DNA of 56,635 nt. Source: Ignavibacteriota bacterium (GTDB lineage: Bacteria; Bacteroidota; Ignavibacteria; UBA10030). A model generated the notes under the pieces. The model saw only the letters and a list, made by a program, of their open reading frames with translations, was not told the origin of the DNA and searched no databases. Position 1 is the first letter of the stretch. Each line of letters begins with the position of its first letter. Shown here piece after piece: positions 19,478 through 28,732 of the stretch. The position numbers and the translations under genes were made by a program. The stretch spans positions 1 to 56,635 of the forward strand of contig RPQN01000017.1 of the NCBI GenBank assembly GCA_003819715.1, given 5' to 3'.

Positions 19478-20494
19478 ATGATTTCTGTTTCTGTGGTCGG
19501 TGCATCGGGGTATTCGGGCATCGAGCTGTTAAAAATACTCGCACGGCATCCCGGCGTAACAATCGACAGGCTTTTTGCGAATTCCTCCGCCGGCAAGCTT
19601 CTTGCCGATGTGGCGCCGGTCTTCGGCAAGACATTGGACATCATGCTCGAACCGTACGCTCCGGATAAAATCAGCGGCAGCGACCTGGTCTTTATCGCTC
19701 TTCCGTCCGGAGAAGCGATGAACATCGTGCCGGATATTCTTGCAGCGGGAAAACGGGTCATCGATCTCGGCGGCGACTTCCGTCTCCAGGACACGTCGCT
19801 CTACGAACGTTTTTACAAACGACCGCATACCGCACATGCAGTACTGAAGCAATCGGTATACGGCCTGCCGGAATGGAATGCTGCCCAGATCAAAACGGCT
19901 TCGCTCGTCGCAAATCCAGGATGTTATCCCACCAGTGCGATCCTTCCGCTTGCTCCATTATTAAAAGAAGGGATTATTGAACCGGCAGGTATTGCCGTCA
20001 GTTCGCTTTCGGGCGTATCGGGCGCGGGACGAAGCGCGGCCGTCGAAATGTCATTCGGCGAAGTTAATGAATCGGTCCGTGCGTACAAAGTCGGCACCCA
20101 CCAGCATATTCCGGAAATCAAGACAGCGCTGAACGCGATTGCTCAGACAACGGTGAAGCTCTCGTTTGTCCCGCATCTTCTTCCCATCACACGGGGCATC
20201 TTTACTTCTTCCTATGCGGCACTGAAAAAATCGGTCAATGAACAGATGGTTCTGGATGTGTATAAAAAATATTACGGCACCGCTCCATTCGTGCGGTACT
20301 CGGCCGCCGCACTGCCGGAAATTAAAAATGTCGCCTACACCAATTTCATCGACATTGGTTTCCGCATCAACCAGGAAGACGGACAGCTCGTGGTGCTTTC
20401 GACGATTGACAACTTAATCAAAGGCGCGGCAGGCCAGGCCGTGCAGAATATGAATCTGATGGTTGGATTTAACGAAACTGAAGGAATAAAGTAA
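19478..20494 (+). CDS. argC: N-acetyl-gamma-glutamyl-phosphate reductase
   Basis: VVGASGYSGIELLKIL at the N-terminus and the NPGCYPTS active-site Cys motif. AGAGGTGG lies upstream of the ATG at 19478; the ORF-track TTG is at 19454. Confidence 0.95.
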   Translation: MISVSVVGASGYSGIELLKILARHPGVTIDRLFANSSAGKLLADVAPVFGKTLDIMLEPYAPDKISGSDLVFIALPSGEAMNIVPDILAAGKRVIDLGGDFRLQDTSLYERFYKRPHTAHAVLKQSVYGLPEWNAAQIKTASLVANPGCYPTSAILPLAPLLKEGIIEPAGIAVSSLSGVSGAGRSAAVEMSFGEVNESVRAYKVGTHQHIPEIKTALNAIAQTTVKLSFVPHLLPITRGIFTSSYAALKKSVNEQMVLDVYKKYYGTAPFVRYSAAALPEIKNVAYTNFIDIGFRINQEDGQLVVLSTIDNLIKGAAGQAVQNMNLMVGFNETEGIK

Positions 20495-21711
20495 TGGAAC
20501 TTGATGCATCTCAGGAATGCGCCGGCGGCGTGACCGCAGCAGAGGGATTTACTGCCGGCGGAGTGTATTGCGGTATTCGGAAAACAAAAAAAGATATTGC
20601 CATTGTGCGATCATCGAAACCGGCCGTGGTGGCGGGCGTATTTACCCTGAATAAAGTCGTCGCCGCACCCCTGCTCGTTGATAAAATTCAACTCAAGAAA
20701 TCGAACGTGTGCTCCGCGGTGGTGATCAACAGCGGCAATGCCAATGCCTGCACCGGAGAACATGGGTTAAACGACGCATGGACAATGGTCCAGACCGCCG
20801 CCGACGCTCTCCACCTCCCGCGCGAACAGGTCATGGTTTCGTCGACCGGGGTCATCGGACAGTATCTTCCGATGGAAAATATCGTCAACGGCATTAACGA
20901 CCTCTCCACAAAACTTTGCAAAGAGGGAAATAAAGACGCGGCCGAAGCGATTATGACGACGGATGTTTTCTCCAAGGAATGCGCCATGCGCTTTTCTCTG
21001 GATTCATCGGTCATTACGGTCGGTGGAATGGCAAAAGGATCCGGTATGATCGCGCCGAATATGGCCACCATGCTTGCCTTTGTCACGACCGATGCGGCCA
21101 TCACACCGGCCGCACTGCAGTCGGCGCTGCGCACCGCAAACGGCCATTCGTTCAACCGCATTACCGTCGACGGCGATATGAGCACGAATGATATGCTCCT
21201 CGTCCTTGCAAACGGACTGGCACAGAACGACGAGATACAAGAGCACACCCCGGCATTCGACCAGTTTGTCAACGCACTTGAATATGTTCTCATCAAACTT
21301 GCCAAAATGATTGCGCGCGACGGCGAAGGAGCCACGAAGTTCGTCGAGATTCTGGTGAACGGGGCGCGAACGGAAGACGAAGCGGCTCAGGCGGCCCGGT
21401 CGGTAGCAAATTCGAACCTGGTGAAAACGGCCCTTCACGGTGCCGATGCGAACTGGGGACGGATCCTGTGCGCCGTGGGGTACTCCGGGATTGACTTCGA
21501 TCCTGCAAACGTCTCCATCGGGTTTAACGATCTGCCTGTTCTGAAACCGAATTATGAAATCGTTCTGGACGAAGAAAAAGCGAAAGCAGTCCTGTCCAGG
21601 GAAAACATCATCGTGCAGATCGACCTCCATCAAGGTTCTGCCGAAGCCCGTTTCTGGACGTGCGATCTGACGAAAGAATATATTCATATCAACGCGAGTT
21701 ATCGTTCATAA
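20494..21711 (+). CDS. argJ: Bifunctional ornithine acetyltransferase / N-acetylglutamate synthase
   Basis: 405 aa. Contains the GMIAPNMATMLAFVTTDA autoprocessing site and TVDGDMSTND. The start overlaps the argC stop (TAATG). Confidence 0.95.
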   Translation: MELDASQECAGGVTAAEGFTAGGVYCGIRKTKKDIAIVRSSKPAVVAGVFTLNKVVAAPLLVDKIQLKKSNVCSAVVINSGNANACTGEHGLNDAWTMVQTAADALHLPREQVMVSSTGVIGQYLPMENIVNGINDLSTKLCKEGNKDAAEAIMTTDVFSKECAMRFSLDSSVITVGGMAKGSGMIAPNMATMLAFVTTDAAITPAALQSALRTANGHSFNRITVDGDMSTNDMLLVLANGLAQNDEIQEHTPAFDQFVNALEYVLIKLAKMIARDGEGATKFVEILVNGARTEDEAAQAARSVANSNLVKTALHGADANWGRILCAVGYSGIDFDPANVSIGFNDLPVLKPNYEIVLDEEKAKAVLSRENIIVQIDLHQGSAEARFWTCDLTKEYIHINASYRS

Positions 21712-21759
21712 TACAACAGCTCATGATGGATGTTCGGACTTTGAAAAGCGAGAAGTGCA

Positions 21760-22608
21760 ATGCTCAATAAACAAACCAAACAAGAAGTCCTCATTGAAGC
21801 GCTGCCGTACATCCAGACGTACGAAGGCAAAACGTTCGTCATCAAGTACGGCGGTGCGGCCATGCGCGACGAACGCCTGAAGGCCTCGTTTGCCCAGGAC
21901 GTGACGATCCTCCGCAAGATCGGCATCAATATTATTATTGTTCATGGCGGCGGAAAAGATATTACCGATCTCGCAGCCGCACTCAATATCCCGACCCGGT
22001 TTGTCGACGGACAGCGGTATACGGACGAGAAGATGGTGGATGTCGTGCTCATGGTGCTCGCCGGAAAATTGAACAAGGAAATCGTCAACCTCATCAATAC
22101 CAACGGCGGTAATGCCGTCGGCCTCTGCGGGATGGATAACGGGCTCATGAAAGCACGCCGGATTACGGAAAAAGACCTCGGATTGGTCGGCGATGTGAGT
22201 TCCGTAAACACCGTTTTTTTAAATTTGCTGTTGAACAACGGGATGATGCCCGTCGTTGCTCCGCTGGCGGTGGGCGAAGACAACAAAATTCTCAATATCA
22301 ATGCCGACCTCGCCGCCGGTGCGATCGCCACGGCATTGAAAGCGGAAAAACTGGTTTATCTCAGCGATATCGAAGGCGTCCTGGTGGAAGAACAGTTGAT
22401 CTCTTCACTCACCCACGCGGAAGCCGAATCGCTCATTGACCGCGGCTCCATTCACGGCGGTATGATTCCCAAAGTGCGCTCGGCTTTTACCACACTCGAT
22501 GCCGGAGTGAACAAGGTGCACATTATCGACGGCCGGATCAAGCATTCGCTGCTGCTGGAAATCTTTACCGACGAAGGTGTCGGAACCCAAATGATACATC
22601 CATCATAG
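21760..22608 (+). CDS. argB: Acetylglutamate kinase
   Basis: Contains GKTFVIKYGGAAM, IVHGGG and NINADLAAGAIA. Confidence 0.95.
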   Translation: MLNKQTKQEVLIEALPYIQTYEGKTFVIKYGGAAMRDERLKASFAQDVTILRKIGINIIIVHGGGKDITDLAAALNIPTRFVDGQRYTDEKMVDVVLMVLAGKLNKEIVNLINTNGGNAVGLCGMDNGLMKARRITEKDLGLVGDVSSVNTVFLNLLLNNGMMPVVAPLAVGEDNKILNINADLAAGAIATALKAEKLVYLSDIEGVLVEEQLISSLTHAEAESLIDRGSIHGGMIPKVRSAFTTLDAGVNKVHIIDGRIKHSLLLEIFTDEGVGTQMIHPS

Positions 22609-22619
22609 AGGTATTGTTT

Positions 22620-23069
22620 ATGGAAAAACAACGGCGTCTTCTTACCATCAAACAGATCCTTGCGAGCCATACGATCACCACGCAGAGTGAACTGGCTTCG
22701 GCAATGAGGAAAGAGGGATTTAAAACGACCCAGGCAACCCTCTCGCGGGACATGAAAGAGCTGGGCATCGCATGGGTATACACCCCGAGCGGTGCAAAAT
22801 ATATGCTCAGTCCGGAACAGGAAGAAGAGCGCCTGACCACGCTCATCGGTTTTGAAATTGAAAAGATCGAGGCCAATGAAACCATTGTCGTCATAAAGAC
22901 GCTCCCGGGACGTGCGCAGGGGGTGGCGGAAATTATTGACCATCTGCGGCTGCCGACGGTGCTTGGCACACTGGCAGGCGACAACACCGTGTTTATACTT
23001 CCGCGTTCGGTGAAAAAGATTAAGGAAACGGTCAATGCACTTCGTGAAGTACTTGAAAAGAACAAGTGA
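22620..23069 (+). CDS. argR: Arginine repressor
   Basis: ~150 aa. N-terminal winged-helix segment (ITTQSELASAMRKEGFKTTQATLSRDMKELG) and C-terminal GTLAGDNTVFIL oligomerisation/arginine-binding motif. Confidence 0.9.
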   Translation: MEKQRRLLTIKQILASHTITTQSELASAMRKEGFKTTQATLSRDMKELGIAWVYTPSGAKYMLSPEQEEERLTTLIGFEIEKIEANETIVVIKTLPGRAQGVAEIIDHLRLPTVLGTLAGDNTVFILPRSVKKIKETVNALREVLEKNK

Positions 23070-23407
23070 CATACATCCGGACGATCGATATTGCACATCC
23101 GCCTCTCTCATCCGGAACCGCCGAAGAACTTCTTGATGATGAAGTGAGACAGATTCGGTCGGGAAAGCAATGGCGGGTATTGAAAGTAATTCATGGAATC
23201 GGAAAGAACGGCCGGCCGGCAGTATTGAAACAGACGGTCCTGAACTGGGCATATCGAAATCGAAAACAGCTCAAGGCAGTTATCCCGGGAGAAAATTTTA
23301 ATATCCTGGATGCACAATCGCAGGAAATGCGCAAGCAATGCGGGCAAGAGCCGGATGCTGATCTTGGCGCAACAAATTCAGGTATGACGATACTCTGGAT
23401 AAAATGA
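23066..23407 (+). CDS. Smr-domain protein (small MutS-related nuclease-like)
   Basis: GTG start overlapping the argR stop (GTGA). IDIAH ... LKVIHGIGKNGRPAVLKQTVLNW ... GATNSGMTILWI fits the Smr pattern (LDLHG ... IHGKG ... VLK ... GGxG). Confidence 0.55.
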   Translation: MTYIRTIDIAHPPLSSGTAEELLDDEVRQIRSGKQWRVLKVIHGIGKNGRPAVLKQTVLNWAYRNRKQLKAVIPGENFNILDAQSQEMRKQCGQEPDADLGATNSGMTILWIK

Positions 23408-23451
23408 GCAGATGAGCCAGAGAGCCATTGAGCCGATGAGTAGTTGAGTTT
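23404..23451 (+). repeat. Six tandem degenerate octamers (WTGAGYNN)
   Basis: ATGAGCAG ATGAGCCA GAGAGCCA TTGAGCCG ATGAGTAG TTGAGTTT. The first unit contains the Smr-gene stop codon (23405-23407). Confidence 0.8.
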
Positions 23452-23505
23452 AAAGATTGTATAATCAAAGAACATTCAAAGACCATAATCCTTGGGAGAA
23501 CAAAT

Positions 23506-24723
23506 TTGAAAAAGGAAAGAATTGCTGTCGCATACTCAGGCGGACTTGATACGTCGGTCATTGTAAAATGGCTGCAGGAAAAATATAATGCCGATGTGAT
23601 CACCGTGACTGGAGATTTGGGCCAGAAAAAAGAGCTCGTCGGCGTGAAGGAAAAAGCCATCAAGACCGGCGCAAAAAAGGCCTATGTTCAGGATTTGCGG
23701 AAAGAATTCGTCGAGGAATATATCTGGCCGTCCTTGAAAGCCGGAGCGCTGTATGAATATAACTATCCGATGGCGACGGCCATCGGCCGCCCGCTGCTTG
23801 CGAAATCACTGGTGGAAGTCGCCTTGAAAGAGGGATGCACTGCGGTCGCACATGGCTGCACCGGGAAAGGAAACGATCAGGTTCGTTTTGAAGTCGCCGT
23901 TGCGGCGCTCGCTCCGGAATTAAAAGTTCTGGCGCCGGTGCGCGAATGGGAATTCAAATCCCGTGAAGAGGAAATCGCGTATTGCGAAAAGTACGACATT
24001 CCGGTGTCCGCAACAAAAAAGAATCCTTATTCCATAGACGAAAATCTTTGGGGCACTGCGATCGAATGCGGTGTGCTGGAAGACCCGATGGTCGAGCCGC
24101 CCGCCGATGCGTATCAACGCACCGTTCCTGCAAATTTGGCGCCCGATGAACCGACCTATGTCACCATCGAATTCGAACTTGGCGTTCCGGTGAAATTGAA
24201 CGGCAAGAAAATGAGCGGTCCGGATCTCATCGATCGCCTCAATGAAATTGCCGGAGCCAACGGCGTCGGCAGGCTGGACCTCATCGAGAACCGGCTCGTC
24301 GGTATTAAATCCCGCGAAGTGTATGAAGCACCTGCAGCAACGGTCCTGCATTTTGCCCACCGTGAACTCGAGCGGCTGGTCCTGGATAAAGACACGGCGC
24401 ATTTCAAATCCAAGCTTGCCAGCGATTATGCCGATATGATTTACAACGGCCTGTGGTTTACGCCGCTCAGGGTTGCAATGGATGCGTTTATCAACGAAAC
24501 GCAAAAAGTAGTTACCGGATTGGTGAAAGTGAAACTCTACAAAGGCAATCTCGATATCGCAGGGCGCAAATCTCCTTCTTCGCTCTACGACACGAAGCTT
24601 GCAACGTATACCGAAGAGGATTCCTTCGACCACAAAGCGAGCGTCGGTTTCATCAAAATCTACGGCCTGCCAATAAAAACATTCTATCAGGTCAACAGGG
24701 GTTTGCTGAAGAAGAAAAAATAG
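23506..24723 (+). CDS. argG: Argininosuccinate synthase
   Basis: Contains AYSGGLDTS (ATP pyrophosphatase motif), [14 protein letters not shown] and [14 protein letters not shown]. Apparent TTG start. Confidence 0.95.
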   Translation: MKKERIAVAYSGGLDTSVIVKWLQEKYNADVITVTGDLGQKKELVGVKEKAIKTGAKKAYVQDLRKEFVEEYIWPSLKAGALYEYNYPMATAIGRPLLAKSLVEVALKEGCTAVAHGCTGKGNDQVRFEVAVAALAPELKVLAPVREWEFKSREEEIAYCEKYDIPVSATKKNPYSIDENLWGTAIECGVLEDPMVEPPADAYQRTVPANLAPDEPTYVTIEFELGVPVKLNGKKMSGPDLIDRLNEIAGANGVGRLDLIENRLVGIKSREVYEAPAATVLHFAHRELERLVLDKDTAHFKSKLASDYADMIYNGLWFTPLRVAMDAFINETQKVVTGLVKVKLYKGNLDIAGRKSPSSLYDTKLATYTEEDSFDHKASVGFIKIYGLPIKTFYQVNRGLLKKKK

Positions 24724-24728
24724 CACCT

Positions 24729-24755
24729 GTAGCCGAGGTCGACGACCTCGGCTAC
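24729..24755. repeat. Perfect 13-bp inverted repeat centred on GTCGAC
   Basis: GTAGCCGAGGTCG-A-CGACCTCGGCTAC, located 6 nt after the argG stop. Confidence 0.85.
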
Positions 24756-24772
24756 AATATTAATCATATTAT

Positions 24773-24809
24773 CCCCATTGTGTGAACACACGGTGGGGAT
24801 TTTGTTTTT
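24773..24809 (+). terminator. Rho-independent terminator after argG
   Basis: CCCCAUUGUGUG-AA-CACACGGUGGGG forms a 12-bp stem including two G-U pairs. It is followed by AUUUUGUUUUU. Confidence 0.7.
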
Positions 24810-24901
24810 AGCAGACGCAAAAGCTTTACTTTGGTCGGTTGCATTCTCTTAAGAAAACTGATACATTCACTATATACTTCACACCTGAAATACAAAAACG
24901 A

Positions 24902-25864
24902 ATGTCCACATCAAAGAAAATCAAAAAGAAGCATATTAATCTTGAAGAAAAAAAGATTACACTTGTAAAGTCACGAGTTGCAGATCAGAATGCTATATTT
25001 CGCGTAAATGTATCATCTACTCATTCTTCTCTCCCGCTAAATTCAATAATATATGGCGATGCCTTACAAGTTCTTCAAAGTTTTCCTGATCATTTTATCG
25101 ATTTTATAGTGACATCTCCACCTTATGCTGATAAACGAACAAACTCTTACGGTGGAATTCACCCTGATAAATATGTTCAATGGTTCTTACCGATTTCAAG
25201 CGAGCTTAAAAGAGTACTGAAACCATCTGGTTCATTCATCTTTAATATTAAAGAAGGGGTTTCGGATGGAGAAAGACAGACATATGTTCTTGAACTTATT
25301 CTTGAAATGAAAAAACAAGGATGGTTATGGACAGAAGAATATATATGGCACAAAAGGAATAGCTATCCAGGGAAATGGCCCAATAGATTCCGAGACGCTT
25401 GGGAGCACTGCTATCAATTCAACAAAGAAAAAAAGTTCTCTATGTATCAAGAAAATGTAATGGTTCCAATGGGTGATTGGGCAAAAACTCGCTTAAAAAA
25501 ACTTAGTTCAACTGATAGACGGAGAGATGAATCAAAGGTTGGAAGTGGATTTGGAAAGAATATTTCTAATTGGGTCGGTCGAAAATTGGCGTATCCTGAT
25601 AATGTGTTGCATTTAGCCACTGAATCGTCCAATAAAAATCACAGCGCAGCCTTTCCTACTTCGTTGCCTGAATGGTTTATTAAGCTTTTCACAAAGCCGG
25701 AAGATATTGTTCTTGATCCATTTCTTGGATCAGGCAGTACGGCTGTTGCTGCAAAAAGGACTGGCAGAAGATATATCGGTATTGAAATATTAAAAGAGTT
25801 TTGCCAAATAGCAGAACAACGTGTAAAAGATGAACCATCCAACGGGGAAGACTTATTCAAATGA
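24902..25864 (+). CDS. Beta-class DNA methyltransferase (SPPY motif, probably N4-cytosine) of a type II R-M pair
   Basis: VTSPPYADKR (motif IV) precedes DPFLGSGSTAVAAKRTGRRYIGIEI (motif I), the beta-class order. The gene is very AT-rich. Start taken at the ATG at 24902; the ORF-track TTG is at 24839. Confidence 0.85.
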   Translation: MSTSKKIKKKHINLEEKKITLVKSRVADQNAIFRVNVSSTHSSLPLNSIIYGDALQVLQSFPDHFIDFIVTSPPYADKRTNSYGGIHPDKYVQWFLPISSELKRVLKPSGSFIFNIKEGVSDGERQTYVLELILEMKKQGWLWTEEYIWHKRNSYPGKWPNRFRDAWEHCYQFNKEKKFSMYQENVMVPMGDWAKTRLKKLSSTDRRRDESKVGSGFGKNISNWVGRKLAYPDNVLHLATESSNKNHSAAFPTSLPEWFIKLFTKPEDIVLDPFLGSGSTAVAAKRTGRRYIGIEILKEFCQIAEQRVKDEPSNGEDLFK

Positions 25865-26601
25865 AAAAAATATCTTTAACAGATGTTGAAAATTATGTAA
25901 ATGAAAATATTGGTGCATTTCATGAAAACCGTGTAAACATCCTTAAGAAGATTAAACTCAATCAAGTCTTGCAGAAAAAGAATCCCTATCTTTTCAAGGC
26001 AAAAAATCTTCTTACAGCAGAAAGATTGGTCGAATCTGTTTTACAAGCATATCTTTCCTCCTCAGAAGAAGAACTTTTTGGCGAATTCCTTGAAGAATTA
26101 GCAATTTTTATAGCGAGTAAAACACTGGGTGGCCGAAAAGCTCATGGTTCAGGAATTGATTTAGAATTTAAACGAAGCAAAGTAATCTACCTTGTGTCTA
26201 TTAAGTCTGGCGTAAACTGGGGAAATAGTTCGCAATATAAAGCATTAAGGGACAATTTTAAAAAAGCGGTACAAATTTTAAAACAATCAAAATCTATTAA
26301 GACGGTACAGCCGGTTCTTGCATCTTGTTATGGAAAAAGAAAAACAATAGATAATGGCGAGTACTTAAAAATCTGTGGACAGGAGTTTTGGTACTTTATC
26401 AGCGGGAACAGAGAACTCTATACCGACATCATCGAACCCATAGGACATCACGCAAAAGAACACAATCAGCATTATGAAGAAGAACGTGCGGTCCTCATAA
26501 ATAAATTTACGGCAGAGTTTTCCAGTGAATTTTGTGTAGACGGAAGAATAGATTGGAAAAAGCTCGTTCAATTTAATAGTGGTAATTCTAAAATGACTTA
26601 A
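25861..26601 (+). CDS. Probable type II restriction endonuclease
   Basis: The ATG overlaps the methylase stop (ATGA). Composition matches the AT-rich methylase gene. It has a PD-(D/E)xK-like GIDLEF ... YLVSIKSG segment. I recall the KKNPYLFKAKN segment from several type II nucleases, but the family is not assignable without a search. Confidence 0.6.
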   Translation: MKKISLTDVENYVNENIGAFHENRVNILKKIKLNQVLQKKNPYLFKAKNLLTAERLVESVLQAYLSSSEEELFGEFLEELAIFIASKTLGGRKAHGSGIDLEFKRSKVIYLVSIKSGVNWGNSSQYKALRDNFKKAVQILKQSKSIKTVQPVLASCYGKRKTIDNGEYLKICGQEFWYFISGNRELYTDIIEPIGHHAKEHNQHYEEERAVLINKFTAEFSSEFCVDGRIDWKKLVQFNSGNSKMT

Positions 26602-26650
26602 CGATAGATCTTTGATCTATTGTACGAATAAAGAAAACCAAGGAATTTCC

Positions 26651-28489
26651 GTGCTTCGACAATTGTTCATCGTATTTCTCTTTACCTCAAGCCTTCTCGC
26701 TCAAGTCAAAATTGATACAACCCAGGCACCGTCCTCTGCGCAAACCAAATTAGCAACTGATTCATTATTCCTGCGAGTCCAGCGTCCGGATAATGATACC
26801 ATACGGACATTCGGGTCGCATTACCGGATCGCTGCATGCACGCGGCCGGATGCAAAAGCATTCATTAACGGGAAACAATCAAAAGTATATGCGAGCGGTG
26901 CGTTCGTCGACCTCCTGCACGTGAATGTCGATACCAATACATACCGCTTCACCGTAAAAGCCGCATCCGGCGATTCATTGTGGAAAGAGTTTGTCATAAT
27001 CCGGCCGCAGCCGATGAAGAACTCTTCGCACGATACACTCGTCATCGAACAGGCGATGATGGAGCCGGCGGAAGATCTGTGGCTGACCTCCGGCGATGTA
27101 CTGGAATTAAAATTTAAAGGAAGCCCGGGATGGGAAGCATCGTGCGATATTCCGGATGTCGAATCGGGAATTCCGATGCGGGAACTTTCGCCTTCCGAGG
27201 GCGGCGGATTTACCGGAGTCTACATCGGCCGGTATATCGTGAAACCGGAAGATGAAACACGGGATGTGCAAATCAAATTTCGCCTGAAGAAGAACTTCTG
27301 GAGCAGGACCACGGTTTTATCGAAAGCGAAACTTTCCATTCTTCCGAAAGAACTGCCGCGCGCTGCTGAGGTGATTGGAAAGCGTCCATATCTTAATGCC
27401 GGACTCGGGGTCGATCGGCTCGGCGGATCGAAGCTTGGATTTCTCCAGGAAGGCGTTCTGGTCGAGATCATCGGTAAAGTCGGCTCGCAATACCGCATAA
27501 AACTTTCAGCATCGATGGAAGCATGGCTGCCGGAGGAATTCGCAAGACTCCTGCCGCCGGATACACCGCTTCCGCGCGGACTTGCCGGAGCAATATCTGC
27601 AACAAGCAGCGGCGATGAAGAAATTGTCGCTGTTGTTCTCTCCGATAAACTTCCCTATACGAGCGACCTGTCGGTGAATCCCAATGCCATCATTGTCGAT
27701 ATTTACGGGGCAACCTCCAACACCAACTGGATCTCGCAGTCACGGTTCGTGAAAGGAATCGAAAGCATCACCTGGAAACAACTTAACACCGATCAGTACC
27801 GCATCATTATTGACCTGTCGCATCCGCATTGGGGATACGACATTGATTATGCGGGTAAATCATTGCGCATTAAAATCCGCAAGCCGCCGGTCATTACCTC
27901 ATCTGAATCGGTTCTTTCGGGGTTGACGATTGCAGTCGATGCCGGACATGGCGGCGACAACAAGGGGGCCGTCGGCGCGACGGGAGCGCTGGAAAAAGAA
28001 TTAAATATTTCGATGGCTTATCATCTCGATTCACTGCTTGCCGCGAAAGGGGCAAAGGTCATTCTGACACGAACGGAGGCGGATGTTCCCTTCATGGCGG
28101 AACGGATCAATAAGATTGTACAATCCGATGCGTGTCTCCTCGTAAGCATCCATTGTAATTCTGCCGGCGATGCATCCGATCCGCTGGCACTGCGAGGAGT
28201 CAGTGTCTATTACCGGCCGATCGGATTCAAGCCGCTCGCCGATATGATGTACGATAAAATGCTAGCGCTCGGACTGAAACAGTTCGGCGAGGTAGGGGGC
28301 TTCAACTTCACACTCAACGCACTGACCCAGCTGCCCAATGTGCTTGTGGAAACTGCATTTCTTTCAAATCCGGAGGATGAAATTCTGCTGCTGGACGATG
28401 GCTTTCGAAAGAAAGTAGCGGAACAGATCGTCAAAGGATTGGAAGAGTTTGTAAAAGCTTACGCGGAAATGAAAACTGCCGGCAAGTGA
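26651..28489 (+). CDS. N-acetylmuramoyl-L-alanine amidase (Amidase_3) with long N-terminal beta-rich region
   Basis: C-terminal IAVDAGHGGDNKGAVG ... SIHCNS ... ETAFLSNPEDE. Signal peptide present. AAGGA lies 7 nt before the GTG at 26651; the ORF-track TTG is at 26612. Confidence 0.85.
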   Translation: MLRQLFIVFLFTSSLLAQVKIDTTQAPSSAQTKLATDSLFLRVQRPDNDTIRTFGSHYRIAACTRPDAKAFINGKQSKVYASGAFVDLLHVNVDTNTYRFTVKAASGDSLWKEFVIIRPQPMKNSSHDTLVIEQAMMEPAEDLWLTSGDVLELKFKGSPGWEASCDIPDVESGIPMRELSPSEGGGFTGVYIGRYIVKPEDETRDVQIKFRLKKNFWSRTTVLSKAKLSILPKELPRAAEVIGKRPYLNAGLGVDRLGGSKLGFLQEGVLVEIIGKVGSQYRIKLSASMEAWLPEEFARLLPPDTPLPRGLAGAISATSSGDEEIVAVVLSDKLPYTSDLSVNPNAIIVDIYGATSNTNWISQSRFVKGIESITWKQLNTDQYRIIIDLSHPHWGYDIDYAGKSLRIKIRKPPVITSSESVLSGLTIAVDAGHGGDNKGAVGATGALEKELNISMAYHLDSLLAAKGAKVILTRTEADVPFMAERINKIVQSDACLLVSIHCNSAGDASDPLALRGVSVYYRPIGFKPLADMMYDKMLALGLKQFGEVGGFNFTLNALTQLPNVLVETAFLSNPEDEILLLDDGFRKKVAEQIVKGLEEFVKAYAEMKTAGK

Positions 28490-28732
28490 TAGAGCGGATG
28501 TCGAACTGATAATTTAGGGCGAACCGATCTATTCGATGAAGAACATTGTCCATTCAAAAGGGACATTCAGGAATGAATGTCCTACGATTCAACAGCATAA
28601 AAACATTGTCTTATAGAGCTTTCTCAAAATAGCCCATTACCAATTCCCTGCATTCATTGTTCCCTCTCCTTTTTTTAAGTAAATTGAAGTCAGCGGTATT
28701 CTTATATCATCCATTATCATTCGGAAATCATC

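Noticed and set aside
23404-23451. The octamer arrays (also 32061-32116) considered as a CRISPR array or as TRAP/HutP-type periodic RNA-binding sites for an attenuation protein.
   Set aside because: The 8-nt period with no spacers rules out CRISPR. TRAP needs (G/U)AG triplets with 2-3 nt spacers and HutP needs UAG with 4-nt spacers, whereas here GAG recurs with 5-nt spacers. Both arrays lie upstream of the predicted promoters rather than in the leaders. They are kept as an unexplained repeat, not as a named regulatory site.
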